A model generated the notes under the pieces. That model saw only the letters and a list, made by a program, of their open reading frames with translations. It was not told the DNA's origin and did not search any database. 64,000 bases of DNA from Eledone cirrhosa (lineage: Eukaryota). The stretch is from positions 304,110,001-304,174,000 of the forward strand of contig OZ024741.1 of assembly GCA_964016885.1 (NCBI GenBank). Direction: 5' to 3'. Shown here piece after piece: positions 14,503 to 28,274 of the stretch (its first letter is position 1; each line of letters starts with the position of its first letter). The translations under genes and the position numbers were made by a program.

Positions 14503-16172
14503 CAACAATATTAACAGTGGTCCAAATAACTTATAGGATGAGGTACTACCTAGCAGCTATTGCATAAAGACCAAAATATTTTCCCAATGCCAAGACTTCT
14601 GTCTTTTGTGTTAAAATAGGTACTACAATGAGGTACAATGTTACTATAGCCAGCAAGCAAAGGGAGAACTGCATACTTGACAGGCATTTTGTTGGATCCC
14701 AATGCATGGGCTTACCATAGCCTTGTGTCAACCCATGCCTTATAAATGAAATTGGGTAAACAGAAAGTGTTTGGGAGTCCATCAGATGGACTGTACTTGT
14801 AATTCAAATGTCCAGCAGCCTTCTTACACATTGTATCATGCCGACTTTCCCTGAGAATTACATTAAAGGTACATGTGTCTGTGGAATGCTCAGCCACTTA
14901 CATGAGCAGGCAGTTCTATTGATCAAACAACTGAAACGCTCATTGTTATTGTCCCAGTATCTTATTGTTACTGGCATCCCTTGCACCAAATATTTAAGTA
15001 AATTACTTTAAGCTGGAAGTAAACTGCTGATAACTTTCATGTTTCTTCATCACCCACAGATATAGTTTAGTTTACTTCAAATTTTCACAATGATCTGTCC
15101 ACTAGTAAAAATATTATAAACTTTTGAATTAACAAACCACATGAAACCATATTAAGAAGGCAATTTTGAAAAGTACAAAACAGCACTATGATTGCATCAC
15201 ATTAAAACTTAAAATCTTTACTGTAAATTTTCACAACAATTCGTCCACTAATATAGATATAAACATAAACTATATTAATAAGACATTATTGAAAAATATG
15301 AAACAGAATTATGAGTGCATCACATTAAAAATTCAAGTCTTTAGTTTACTGCAAATTTTCACAATAATCTAATCCCTAATAAAGATGTTGGTATGGTATG
15401 GTCCCATAACTTCTGATAGAGTTGTAGGAGCACTGTATTGACATACAGCGTTTCTTGGACATTTTAAGCCTGGCGAAGCCCATCCCTTCCCAGGCCTGAG
15501 TACAGCAGATTTTTTCCAGAGAAAACTAGAAAGTGAGAGAGAATAAATGAGAAAGAGATATTGAGGAAGAATTGACCACAGTACTAGACTGGTGCTTTTT
15601 TTTTATTGACCTCAAAAGGATGAAAGCCAAAATTGGCCTCAGTGGGATTTGAACTCAGAGAGTTGGAATGAATACCATAAAGCATTCTATCCGACATTCT
15701 AACGACTTTGCCAATTCGCTTCCATCAGTAAAGATATTACAAACATTTAAATTAACAAAGTCATTTTTAGATATGTTCTGCTAAATCATTACAGGATGCT
15801 ATGAGTTAAGTAGCCAAGAAAAAATAACTTTATAACTGGAACTAGAAATAACAAGAGAGCGGAAGAGGGGGTGGGGGCAGTGGAGATGGAGTACTGTAAT
15901 GTAATGGAAGCAATACCCCATTTCCTCCTCACTTTGTAATTGTGTTAGGTTATTGGTCTCTAAAAATATGTAACACTGATAATGACTTAAATTACAAACT
16001 CTTATTTTATAAAAAATGATGTTTCCTCCACATTTGGTCTATTTCAACATTCCTTTTCTTCCTCCTCTCTCTTCCTTTTTTCTTTTCTCCCCTATATCTC
16101 TACCTCCTCCCCACTTTTATTTTCTCTTTTTACTCGCACTACTTTTCTTTATTTCTTCTCTTCCTTTAAAAA

Positions 16173-16222
<50 letters not shown>

Positions 16223-16836
16223 GCTTCCATGTTTGCTCCTTCCATTCTCCTCCCAATTTCACTTCCTTGTCAGTGAATTTCATCAAAACAAGATGAGACT
16301 TCTTAAACAAGATCAATAACAGTATTTTAATCAAGGAACCAATTCATAGAACAGTGATTATTCATCAGACAGCCATAGCCAACTCAACTCTTCCAACAAG
16401 TTGGCAATAAGAAGATTACAGCACAGCTCGAAAACAATATGTCATTATTTCAGTTAATTCCTACCAGCTGGTGTAGAAATGAAATGGCCTAGTAAATATG
16501 GTGGCATTACATTCCTAGCTCATAAGGTCTTCACTCATTTCAAATTTACTACATGTCTTTTATTATGTATATGAGTAGTGCCTTTCATTTTCCATACATG
16601 GCCTCATAAAGGTGTCAGAAGTATGTGGCAGACCATTAAGAAATCTTAAAAGAGATAGATTTGCATCCTACAGATGGATAAATACACAGAGAGAAGGTTA
16701 TCTCTCATTCCCTTGTCAAGAAATTGGAGCTAAGCTAAGCACTGGGGCATTTTGAATCAGTTGGTGTAGTATTGTTTGCTCCCAAGTAGTACTGACAAGC
16801 TTCCTCATATTGGGTTGCTATTGAACAGATTACAAC

Positions 16837-17178
16837 TACTTTCAGGTCTCGAATAATCGCCCCACCCCCACCCCTTCTTATTCCAACACCCCCACTTGTT
16901 AAATTTTGTTAATCTATCTCTGGTGAAATTTTATTTTAAGTGGTAGCATTCCTGTGACAATTAATTTTCTTTAGAAAATTAAAAAACATTATACATGACA
17001 AAAAAGTATATTACTAGAAATCCCATACATTATAAAATAAATAGGATGGGTTGGGGTCTCAATATGTAAACTAAATGACTAATTCTGGTTCTTAAAAAAA
17101 AATCAATGAATCAATGGAGACAGCCTAAAAAAATTACCGATTTTCCAACCCCCACCCATTATTTGGGACCGGAGAGTA
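16837..17178. mobile_element. TA-flanked MITE (Tc1/mariner/pogo-like); second copy at 59976-60320
   Basis: Terminal inverted repeats tactttcaggtctcgaataat / attatttgggaccggagagta; the internal sequence matches 59976-60320 in the opposite orientation. Confidence 0.75.
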
Positions 17179-17799
17179 AACAACGTTCTAATATTACAAT
17201 GGTTGAATTAGCAACCAATACCTGTCAGATGGTGCCAGGTAACTCTTACCTGATAAACTGACATTGAGCTAAATGGAGTACAGATTATCTTGGAACATCT
17301 TATAATAATTTAGAAAATATCTAAAAATAGACATGCTAATTCAAATGTATAGAGTATATTCACTACTGGACAGAAAATTGAGAAACTTTAATTTTTAATG
17401 TGGTACAGCCATAGTGCTGTTTATGTTTCAAGAATGACTTGCTAATGTGGTTTCATGTGGTATAGGATGTTAAGAGTTAAACACCAAAGATCAAACTATA
17501 TTCTCCACAACATTTTGCCAAGCTAGAGACGATCTATCTTTTTCATTATCATCATTATTATCACCATTTAACGTCTATTTACCATACTTGCATGGGTTAG
17601 ATAGGCTGTTACATTATGAGGCCAGCTAAGTCAAGTGACATCTTGCTCATACGCTGCATTTCTATGGTATGGCTTTCTACAGGTTGTACCTAGTCTTCTT
17701 TATCTATTACCAGTTTTATTATTTGATAAATGAAAGGATGGACACATGCATATATATCCAGTCCACCCTGTGAGATAAGTCATGTTGGGGACAGGACAG

Positions 17800-18350
17800 G
17801 AGGCACCCAGCCCATTCTGTAAAGTGACTGTACTGGTGACACAACAAAAGGGGCCCAATCCACCCTTAGGAGTGGCTGTGTTGGTTTCACAACAAAAGGG
17901 CTAAATTCACCCTGAGAGGTGGTTGTGTTGGTGACATGACAAAGAGTACCCAGTCTGCCCTGTAAAGTGATCGTGATCGTGATTATGACATGACAAAAAA
18001 CAGCCAGCCCACCCAGTAAATTGGTTGTGATGGCAACACAACAAAAGCACCCAGCCCAACCTGTAAAGTAGTCATGTTGCAAACATGACAAAAAGTGCCC
18101 AGTTCACGCTGTAAAATTGTCGTTTTGGTGCCATAACAAAAAGCACCCAGCCTACACTGTAAAGTGGTCATGTTGGTGTCATGACAAAAAGCACCCAGTC
18201 CAGACTGTAAATGTTGTTGGCATTAGGAAGGACATCCAGCTATAGAAACCAAGCTAGAAACAGTTCTGTATACGGAAGACACAACCAATCTGAACTGACT
18301 TGTCTCACAATGGGACAACCATCTAACCCATGCTAGTGTGGAAAATATAT
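17800..18350 (+). repeat. Tandem array (about 44-48 bp) of a SINE-internal unit, followed by an RTE-type tail
   Basis: About 9 units of aaaagcacccag...ctgtaaagtggtcatgttggtg, then ggcattaggaaggacatccagc and taacccatgctag. Similar arrays at 44400-44850 and 59100-59370. Confidence 0.75.
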
Positions 18351-21019
18351 ATATATATAGTCTAACCCATACTAGCGTGGAAGGTGGACGTTAAACGACG
18401 ATGATGATATATACATATATGTGTGATCTATGAAAGATAAGGTTTTTTTTTACTAAAGCCACTGACCAATCAGACTTTTATACAAATATACAGGATGGTC
18501 TCTACAGAGAGAGAGTTAAAGAAAGCTGGAAAATCTTGCTAATACAATTCAAATACTAATTAAAGGAAAACGTGCATCAAATGTAGAAATAGCTTGCAGA
18601 TTGGCAGGCAAATCTAGAAACCAAACAAACAACAAAGATGACAAAGATTTACAAAAAGAAATATGCAAATAATTGCTTTTTTGTTGCTGTTTTATAAAAA
18701 TGTGTACATAAAGATAAAGCAAGCATTAAATTGAATGTAAAAAAAAAATAGGAGTTGGGGGTTAAATTTCAAGAAGTAAAATATTGCATAATGAACATGT
18801 TTTCACCAATTTTGCTATCAATCATTAACTGAGGATTTTGTTATTCACATCTTTTTTGCTGTTGATCATCATTTTTATCATCATTACTATCATCACAATC
18901 ATCATTATCATCAACATCCTTCAGTGTAAATGATTGATGTCAATTCAATATACCTTTTACCATTTTCTTCAAGAAAGCATATAATATTCACATTTTAGAA
19001 TTTATTAATGTTTTTTTTTATCTTTATTTTAAATCTTTTTTTTTTTTTAATTCATTTATTTTACCTCTTGAATGAATAAATAAATTAACTCTTCATAAAC
19101 ATAAAGGGCTGCTGAAGCATATTATTAACATGGTCTGTGCAAGTGTAGGACATAACAAATAAATTACATTTTCGCATAAAATAGATGGTGAAAATTTGCT
19201 TTACCTGAATATCCTAAAAGGAATAGAAAAAGAATACAAGAATATTTGTTAAAATACAATATCAGTTTGATAAAATGTTGTTGATTCTATTAACTGAAAT
19301 ATATGACAATGCAGTCAATTTCACTCACTGCAATGACCAACCAACCATTTAAATAATAAGGATAAAATGTGGTTTTGAAAAGAAAATGAAATCTTGATTA
19401 ATTGGGTGTAAAGGTTGGACGACTAACAAATTGATAGAGCAATAGACACTGTCAGTTGTAAAAGTAATCTGAAAAGAGTGTAGAATTTTAAATGGTTAAA
19501 TGAGACCTTCAAGTATTTGTTTGTAATTCCATCAGATGAGCAAGATGTCCTTGTCTAACCCATGCTAGCATGGAAAAATGGACATTAAATGGTGATGATG
19601 ATGATGATGTACCTGTAATTCAATGGTCCAGCTTTGTTATGCTGAGTTGGCATGGGGATTGAACTAAGGATACACATGTCTTTAATCCAATTTAATGGGT
19701 CACCCATTCAGTTGTTTGAACAACTGAATGCTCATCATCAAAACCAATGAAGGATCCATTATCTAATTTGTTCTTGCTTTTTCAAGACAATAGCTATTTG
19801 GTTTAAAAAAGATTTAGCTGTTAATTGTAACTTTTTTTTTTAGGTAGGTAAAATCAATAAACTATCGATCCTTTGGATTGGTGTTAGGGTAAGAATCTAG
19901 AAAATTATGGGCTTATGTTAGAGGATGAGAAGCCTAGTCATGTAGCTCAGTTAGAATGTCATATAATTGCAGCAAGCTCATTGAGTGAACCAAGCTTAGA
20001 AGAGTTTTGGTAGAGTAGTTCCCACTTTAGTTTACACCATAACCCTGAGTTTGTAGTGAAATCATGCTTTGGCAATTTTTGTATTATATTTGATATGCAT
20101 CATTTCTAGCAAAAATTTACTAAACACGCATTATCACCTGCAGCCTATAAAAATTCCAACAGACAACAAACTTCCTCATAGAAAAATGAGAAAACTCATT
20201 GCTAGAACAGCTGTTAAAACAGCCAAATCAATGACAGTGATGGGCAAAAATGCCTTTGAGGAGAGAGACCTGTGGCCTGTGGTCAGCAGAGAGACAATCT
20301 ACGAGGTGGGTGACAAGCAGATGAAATACAGAAAAAATTCAGAGAGGGAGAAGACAAGGAAAAGTGTATTGGCGCATAGAAGTGACTAGAAGAAGGAAAT
20401 AAAGGCGATTTTTGTCTCACTCAACCATAACAATGGTCATCTAAGACTATCAGTTGTAGCTGGCCCTTTTTCGTCAATCTAACACAGACTAAAGCTGACA
20501 TGTCCTTACTCTCTTGCATTCTCTTCACACACACTTTCAGCCTATCTTCTTTCACACCACACATATCTCTATGAACAATTTTAAATACCACCCATTGTCT
20601 GTTATTTTATTGCTATGATTCAATGTAATCATAGTTATTATTGAAGCTTATAAATATTGGTAATCTAAACAGTATATTGCTGTTTTTTATGTGTTTTTCT
20701 TGCCTTTCATGACTCCAGTCTCTATCCCAACACACATAAAAATCCATTGTTGCCTCAAGTTCGATCATAGTCCTCAAAGAGAAGAATTTCTCACATGGTC
20801 TTCGCTTTACCATACTTTCTAACATCTACAACTTCAGTGATACTCCTAACAATATAGACAAAGACATAGCTGTGTAGTTAAGAAGCTTACTTCATATTCA
20901 CATGATTGGGAACACAATTCTACTACATGGTACATGGAGAAAGAGTTTTCTACTATAGCCTCAGGAAGTGGACGGAAACTTGTCAGATGAACTGTACATG
21001 TTCTTGAGAGGTAGACTTA

Positions 21020-21390
21020 ATACATTGCTCTGTTCAACACCACCATCCACTGGTCCTTGGGTGCCCTTTAGCAGAGTCCATCTTGTTCAACACCACTACC
21101 TACTGGTGCTTGGGTGCCCTTTAGCAGAGTCCATCTTGTTCAACACCACTTCCTACTGACCCTTGGGTACCTTTAACAATGTCCACTTTGTCTACTCTCA
21201 TCCCCACCAACCTGGTCCTTGGGTACCTTTAGCAGAGCCACTGTTTAACACCACCATTTTGTTCTTGGATACCCTTAATATGGTTCATCTTGTTTAACAC
21301 CACCACCTGGTCCTGGTATACTTTGAATAGAATCCACCCTGTTTAACACTACCACTTTGTCCTTGAGTGCTTTTAGCAGAATCTACTCTG
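21020..21390. repeat. Minisatellite with a unit of about 45 bp
   Basis: About 8 units of ccttgggtaccctttagcagagtccatcttgttcaacaccacc. Confidence 0.85.
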
Positions 21391-22118
21391 TTGCAGATAT
21401 TCAGACCAGTTGGTTTATTCTACTCTTTTCTCAACCAGTCTTGGTAGACCTACAAAATTGCCAATAGCTCTGCCCACTCTTCTGACTATGTCATAGAAAT
21501 TTTTTTTTTAAATGAGTGAAATTAGAGGACGTTCAGTTTTCATGGTAAAACTAACAATGAGCAAAGGTTTGAGATTATTTTGACAACCACAGAATATATT
21601 ATCTTGGTTTTCCTGACAAATTCACTAATTATTTCTGAAATAAAAGCAAAGAATTAAGAAGTGAAGTAAAATTATCTTGCAGCATTCTGACTTATCTCAG
21701 AAAACATAGAATGTGAAATGGTTTAAATTAAAAAAATATATATTTTAAAATAATGTATTGGAAAAGCAGATATGATATGAATAGGAAATATATAATGGTG
21801 AATCTAGAGTAGAATAAAATAAGAATGACAAAATACAATAATTTTTACCATATATTTCATAATATTTTAAGGTTAAAACCTCTTTTTCAAATGAAGAACA
21901 ATCAAGAAAAATCAGGCCATCTTGTTCTTACAACCTGTTGTATGACTGACCATTTGTGGAAGTAATCCAGTGGAAGTGTGATATGTGCTGACCAGTTATG
22001 GTAGCCAGTCAGCTCCATGTAGCTTGGATATGTTGTTAATACTAGGTTTGCATGATTTCTTTTTTTCTTTTATGAATCTGAAATGAACAATTTTAGGTAA
22101 AACATCATATTTATCTAC

Positions 22119-22274
22119 CTTGCAAATATAACATATGTGCTTGTGACCATTAGTATATGACTCCTCTTCTTCTTCAAAGCAGGTTAAGTGGAATACACGC
22201 CAGCATTTGTTGCAACAAATCACATCACCTGGGCCATGGCATTTAAAACAATACCAGTCATGGCCATCATCAAC
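22119..22274 (-). CDS. ZMYND11: ZMYND11/BS69 homologue, PHD-finger exon (52 codons, phase 0/0)
   Basis: tttcag|GTTGATGATGGC acceptor and TGCAAG|gtagat donor. VDDGHDWYCFKCHGPGDVICCNKCWRVFHLTC...HICYICK is a C4HC3 PHD finger matching the ZMYND11 motif HDWYCFECHLPGEVLIC. Confidence 0.93.
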
Positions 22275-22509
22275 CTGAAACAAAAGAAAAGAACTAATAG
22301 AAAACTAATAGAATATCAGTATCTCTCTTATATATTGTATGGCTTGCAGTAGAGGAGGTTCAACAAGAAGTGAAATAGGAGAATAACCAATAAATCCATT
22401 TTTTTTATAGTAGATTTACTTTTTGTTAGTAGATTTACACCTCATGTAATGTATTTTTAGCACTTTAATATAATAGATGAAAAGAGAATGTGAAATACAG
22501 AGTCCTTAC

Positions 22510-22779
22510 CAGTTCACTTTCATCTGAAATCTTGTATCCCTTCTGTTCCATGCCAGTTTTGGAACCTTTGTTGCCAATAGCAGTGTAGGAAATGATGAGG
22601 TTGTCCTTGACTGCATTCTGTAGCTGTTTGTGGGTCTCTGATGGAGGAACCGTGTGTTCTCTCTGCATGTAACGTGTGATGCGCTCCAAGTTGGATATTT
22701 GCTTCTGTTGCTTGATATAGGCAATGGCATTCAGTAGTTGCCGAGCTTGAACTACTGTTGCTTGTCTCCTCAACTCCAT
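22510..22779 (-). CDS. ZMYND11: ZMYND11/BS69 homologue, first coding exon (N-terminal SAMD1-like winged-helix domain); the exon starts at 22822 with 43 nt of 5'UTR
   Basis: MELRRQA...AIAYIKQQKQISNLERITRYMQREH...QLQNAVKDNLI...GNKGSKTGMEQKGY parallels the human ZMYND11 N-terminus as I recall it (RRQAD...IRNQKQIANIDRITKYM...AVKDGLI...GCKGSKAGIEQEGY). Acceptor ttttcag at 22823, in-frame upstream TGA, and donor CTG|gtaagg in phase with the next exon. Confidence 0.93.
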
Positions 22780-22831
22780 AGTCGAACTGGGAGCTCTATG
22801 GAAATCGATTCACAAACAATTTCTGAAAAAT

Positions 22832-24067
22832 AAATAATAATAATAATGATGATAATAATAATAATGCTTTCTTTATTAACCACAAGGGTTTACACAAAGT
22901 AGAAATTAAGGACAGTACAGGACAATAGAGGATGGTACAAATGGGCATTTCTGCATGTAAAAAACAAAAAACAGAGGATGTAACAAAAAAAGAACAATGA
23001 AAAATTCCCCAATAGGGGGGAGACTTCTGAGGGCCATCGTGGAGAAAGCCCATTAAAAAAAAGCCACGGTGACCCTGACCACCAGGGCAAGTGCCCTCTC
23101 CCAGTTTTCCACCTTCAATTTACAGACACATACTCAGAGTAGGTTCATTCACTCGGGCCATTCTTGCCTCTCTCACCCATCTTTCAACAAAATGTTGGGA
23201 AGAGAGCACTTCCCTCTCTACCCTGATTTTCCTTTTCAAATTAAATTTAAAAAAGTTAATCAGAGCATCACCGAAGAGGTAAGTGCTCGTCTTCAGCCCT
23301 TTCAAACGTGTCCACCATACTATCTCTTTCGCCATGGCCACCAGACAGATAAAAACTGCCTGCCCTTCCCGGCTAAAGGAAGAGGGTGGGGTAATCCTCA
23401 CGATGGACTCAGATGATAGCCGGATCCGTCCTAAACGCGACAGCAGGTGTTCGACATAAACCCACAAGTCAGCAATGCTCGAACACTGGATAAGTGCGTG
23501 CAGGACGGTTTCGTCGCCCTGCGCACATCTCGGACATGCCCGGCTGACGGCACCTCCATGCCTGTAGAGTTTAACCCGAACTGGCAAAGCTCCTCGGTAG
23601 CACTGCCAGGCCAGAGATTTCTGGAAACTGTCCATAGGCCCCGGCCCGAAAGTCCTTCCGAAGAGATTGGCTAGTTGATTTTCATCGACGCCTAGAGTTT
23701 CCTCAAGTACGTCGTCGCTCTTCCCCTCCACTAATCCTCTATAGAACGCCAAGGTGGAGTTTCCACCAATCACATTGCCCGACTGGTCGAGGGCCGTGAG
23801 TGCCTGAAGACATTCCAGTCTCCAAGCGCTCCCTCTCGGTCTTCGCTTGACCCAGGACTGCAGCTCCGTCAAGGAGACGAGCTGGGGAAAGACGCGTCTA
23901 GCAAACGGCGACCACACCTGATCGCCGTCGAGGAAGAGGTAGAGATGTCGTAGCCTGAGCGCGTGTCAGCGCATCATCAGCCACGGCATGCCCAGCCCTC
24001 CACGTAGCGGGTGTTGACAGTAGATGGACCGCCTGACCATCGGAGCGCGTCCCTTCCACAAAAAGCG
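22832..24067 (-). mobile_element. 5'-truncated Tx1/L1-clade LINE (ORF2 C-terminus, zf-RVT-like), with AATAAA and (TTA)n tail
   Basis: RFLWKG...GGLGMP then ORF 23120-23917 with LAWQCYRGALPV..CPRCAQGDETVLHALIQC. 3'UTR with aataaa at 22872-22877 (minus strand). Relatively GC- and CpG-rich, so probably young. Confidence 0.9.
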
Positions 24068-24358
24068 AATAATAATAATAATAATGGTTTCTTTATTGGT
24101 TACAAGGGCGGACACGAAGAAAAACATTAGAGACAGCACAGAACAGTACAGGACGATACAAAGTGGGTTTTGGCCAAGTAAAAAGGTTATAACAAGAAGA
24201 TAGAAATGTATAAAAACAAATAAAAAAAAATTCAAACAACTAAAATTTCCCAAAAAGGGAGAACCTCCAAGGGTCACTCTTGGTGAAAACCACACAAAAG
24301 ACCATGGCCACCCTGACCACCAGGGCAAGCGCCCTCTCTCAGTTTTCCCACTTTCAAC
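24068..24358 (-). mobile_element. Second Tx1-like 3'UTR fragment, in tandem with the first
   Basis: ccctgaccaccagggcaag.gccctctc, aataaa and the (TTA)n tail are homologous to 22832-23115. Confidence 0.85.
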
Positions 24359-25076
24359 AAACTTACTAGAAAGCCAGCATTTGGGGGGGGGGGTTGATAA
24401 TTTGACACTAATGCAATACTGGTGCTTATTTTATCAACCCCATAAGGTTGAAATTCAAAGCGAACCTTGGTGGGATTTGAACAACCGTAATGGGCCGTAA
24501 CTGTATGCTGCAAAGTATGGTGTCCAACCCTCTACTGATTCTGCCAACAGAATCACTATCATTTCTCCCAATCCACCACCTTGTCAATAATAGCAATAAT
24601 AATAATAATGGTTTCTAATTTTAGCACAGGGCCAGTAATTTGTGGGGAAGGAGAAGTTTGTATATTGACCCAAGTTCCTTACTGGTACTTTATTTTACAG
24701 GTCTTGGAAGGATGATAGACAGTTAATCTCAACAGGATAGTAGCTGACAATAGCAGCCATTTCACCTCTGTTTAGAGGCTATTGTGAAAGAGACATTGTC
24801 ATGAAAAACATTGAGAGGACTGCTAAAGGCAAAAAGGGAAGTGATCAAAGGTTGGATCACAGGTAATTTCTTCCAGAGAAAAAGAGATACACAGGGGGAT
24901 AGAGAGATAGGGAGGAAGAATCAACATCAGTATTGGATGGTACTGTATTTGCCCTTGAAAAGATGAAAAGGAAAAGTTGATCTCAGTGGGATCTGAACTC
25001 AGAGTGCACTGAGCTGAAACAAAAACCAAGGCATTTTTCATCCAATGCCTTAATGACTCTACCTCCTTATAAATAT

Positions 25077-25078
<2 letters not shown>

Positions 25079-25157
<79 letters not shown>
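25079..25157. repeat. (GT)n microsatellite
   Basis: Pure dinucleotide run. Confidence 0.97.
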
Positions 25158-25164
<7 letters not shown>

Positions 25165-25579
25165 GCGTGTGTGTGTGGTTAATTAATATCTATCCTTCAT
25201 TTACACACGTTGACAGAGTGTGAGAATTTCCCTTCCCTCCGGAATCCAAAATTACAGAGACCGACATGACATATTTAACATAATATGAGTGATTATATAA
25301 GTCCCTTTCCCCACTATATCTAGAACTTCCCTACCACTACTAATATCATTTACACCACTTCACTGCAGAATAACCACCACTACACTACCTCACAACCATT
25401 ACCATTATCCCACAATCTCCCAACATTACCACTCTTCTAGTTCCTCAACACCGCCAATTCTCGGCCCCACCTCCCATCCATTCACACACATACCATTCAC
25501 TCTAATTAGATGATCTTACAATAATTACTATATACTGTATTGAAAAACAAAAGTCAGAACAAAAAGCCAGGGGGGCCCC

Positions 25580-25835
25580 AGCAGCAGCAACATCATCATC
25601 ACGATTATCACCACGACTCCCACCACTACCAACACTATCGTCATCATCATCATCACCACTATAAGCATCATCATCGTTATCACTTTTTACGACATCATCA
25701 TCACCATCACCACCACCATCACTACTACTTCCATCATCATCATCATCACCACCATCTTCATCATCACTGTCACTACTATCAATCACTATTACAACACAAT
25801 CACTGCCATCACTACTATCAGCGTCAACAACAGCA
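25580..25835. repeat. (CAT/CAC)n triplet repeat
   Basis: catcatcaccac-type low-complexity sequence. Confidence 0.9.
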
Positions 25836-28044
25836 AGAAAAACAACTATTGGGGAGGGAGGCTCCACAAGGCTGCTCAAACTGCTAGAAATAGCAACCAA
25901 ATTTCCTGTAAATTTCATCCTACAATGAGAAATAAAGAACTTTTTAAAGACGGGATAGTCACGACATGACTGGAATGTCTTAGTCTATTCAACCATCAGA
26001 GATTACTTGGGGCTAAACAACAACCACATGCATAATGTAGTCCATTCTAGAGAACCTTAGAAAGATAGGGTGGTCATGGGTGGAATGCCTTTGATCAAAG
26101 GTCTATTCAATCACCAGAGGTGACCTGGGGCTAAACAACAAAGACACCGAATACATAGAAAGACACATTCAGCATTCCAATAGAAGTGGATGTCCCAGAA
26201 ATGTCAATGAGAGAAGATAAACAAAGGTGGATGGTGTGGGTAGGTGAAATAGTGAACTAGAGGCGGAGGAGGGGAAGTTGACTAGGAAAGTGGCAGTTAT
26301 ATAATAATATGGAGGAGAGTAAAGAGAGCTAAGAGAACAGAATTGACATTGACAGTAAGTGTAATCTAAGCTATAGTTAATTTAACTAGATGTATTTGCC
26401 TGCCTTCATTTTTGGACAACATTATTCAGTGGGTTGGGAGATCTACAAGCATGCGCAACTAACTGCCTTTCAAGTTTGCACCTTGGAAAGTAACTTTCCA
26501 GAAGCAAATACTGAGACAGTCTGTAACAGATGACAAATACCACAGGTGGTTGGTGATATGAAGGGTATCCAGATGTAAAGAAAACCGGCCAAAATACAGT
26601 TCCATTTGGGCAAGGTATGGCACGGCCAACTGGCCAGACATGCCTCATAATGTGGACGCCCTGTCTAACCCATGCAAGCATGGAAAATAAGACGGTAAAT
26701 GATGATGATGATTATTATAACACACACATACATACATATAGCCACTGTCACCCCTACCTCATACACTGTCACGCACGTACACATTCACCCCTCGAGCTTC
26801 CTATGGCTTTGTTACGGTTAGAAAGACACCCTCACAAGTTTGTACAGACCAACAACAAACACACACCTCTACACTTACAATTACACTTCTGTCGAACCAA
26901 CAACAAACAAACAAACACACACTCAAACTTATTCACACACAGCCTCCCTAGTGTTTGGTGATCTACAAGATAAACCCAATACATGCTGTAAAGTGGTTGG
27001 GGATAGGAAGGACATCCAGCCATAGAAAGCTTGCCAAACAAAGGTTTGAGTGGACTCTCAGTTGTGTCAAAGACATGAAAACCTCCCCTGCGCACTCAGT
27101 AGAACACAAGACCATACATAATCAAGACAACAGATCCCTGGTTTGTCTAGGAGATCAGTAGTCATCGCTTCAATACTGACTTGGTCTATGTAGATCAGTC
27201 CAACCCTTGCTGCAGAGAAAGAGGACGTTAAGATGATGATGATGATACGTAGATATTAATATATACATACTTCTGCACTGTTTCCATCTACCTTATTTTA
27301 CTCACAAAGTATTGGTCAATCTAAGGCTATAGTAGAAGATAATTGACCAAAGTATTGTGCAGTGTGATTGAATGTGTTATGAAGAGTACTGACCTCATAT
27401 ATGATGACCCATCCAACCCTTACTAGCAAATGATGAGGGTACAACAGAAATCATTTTAAGGAACTGCTTTTTTTCTCTCTCTCTATCATTCATCATCATC
27501 ACCACCACCATTTAACATCCATTTTTCCACGTTAGCATGGGTTAGACGAGTTGTCCTAATCAGTTGAATTGAACACATGTAATGGATCACTGTATAAATA
27601 TTACACCCCCTTATTAAATTAATTATTACAGCTGTCACTTGATTGTTTCCTTTCATTAAAGTAAGAGCAAGGAGGAGTTAATTGGTGTTGAGATGGTGGT
27701 TTTGCTTTGAGTCAACAACTGTACACATACAACCAGTTGAGGGATTCAATGCTAGAGAAAACCATGGGAAAAATTGCTTTGAATCTACTTTAAAAACAAT
27801 GGCTGTTGCATTCACCCTCTCTCTTTCTCTCCCTTTCTCATCAAATAGGTGGGATTTTGAAAATCTGGACTTTCCACTATTGTTTGAACAAATATTTTTA
27901 CAGCTGGATGTTCTTGGTGCTAATGGACTTAAAATATGAAATAGGAATGCAAAGAGAAACAAAGTAAACTATTTTGCGGAGAGGGATCTAATAATTATAA
28001 CAAATGGCCTCATGGTTTGTATCAAACTCACAGCTACTGTGACA

Positions 28045-28274
28045 TTAACCCTTTAGCATTTACATTATATTTAATATTGTATTTTAGCAGTAACGGCTTT
28101 ATTTCACATAATTATCTCACATAATATCCAATCTACAAGATTTTGATGATGTTATAATTTATTTTGAGAACAATACCTTAACAGCGATGTGAGTGGTCAG
28201 TTATGGCTAATTTGAACAGAAAGAGGTGAGAGAATTCTGGCCAGATATGGCCAGTTTAAATGCTAAAGAGTTAA
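28045..28274. mobile_element. TTAA MITE family A (piggyBac-like); other copies at 38924-39133, 42225-42429, 44856-45071, 47045-47259 and 63513-63727
   Basis: TTAA-CCCTTTAGCATTT ... AAATGCTAAAG(G/A)G-TTAA termini and a shared body of about 200 bp containing gaacagaaagaggtgagagaattctggcc. Confidence 0.9.

Noticed and set aside
25502-25918. His-rich and Asp-rich ORFs
   Set aside because: (CAT/CAC)n low-complexity repeat adjoining a common dispersed repeat.
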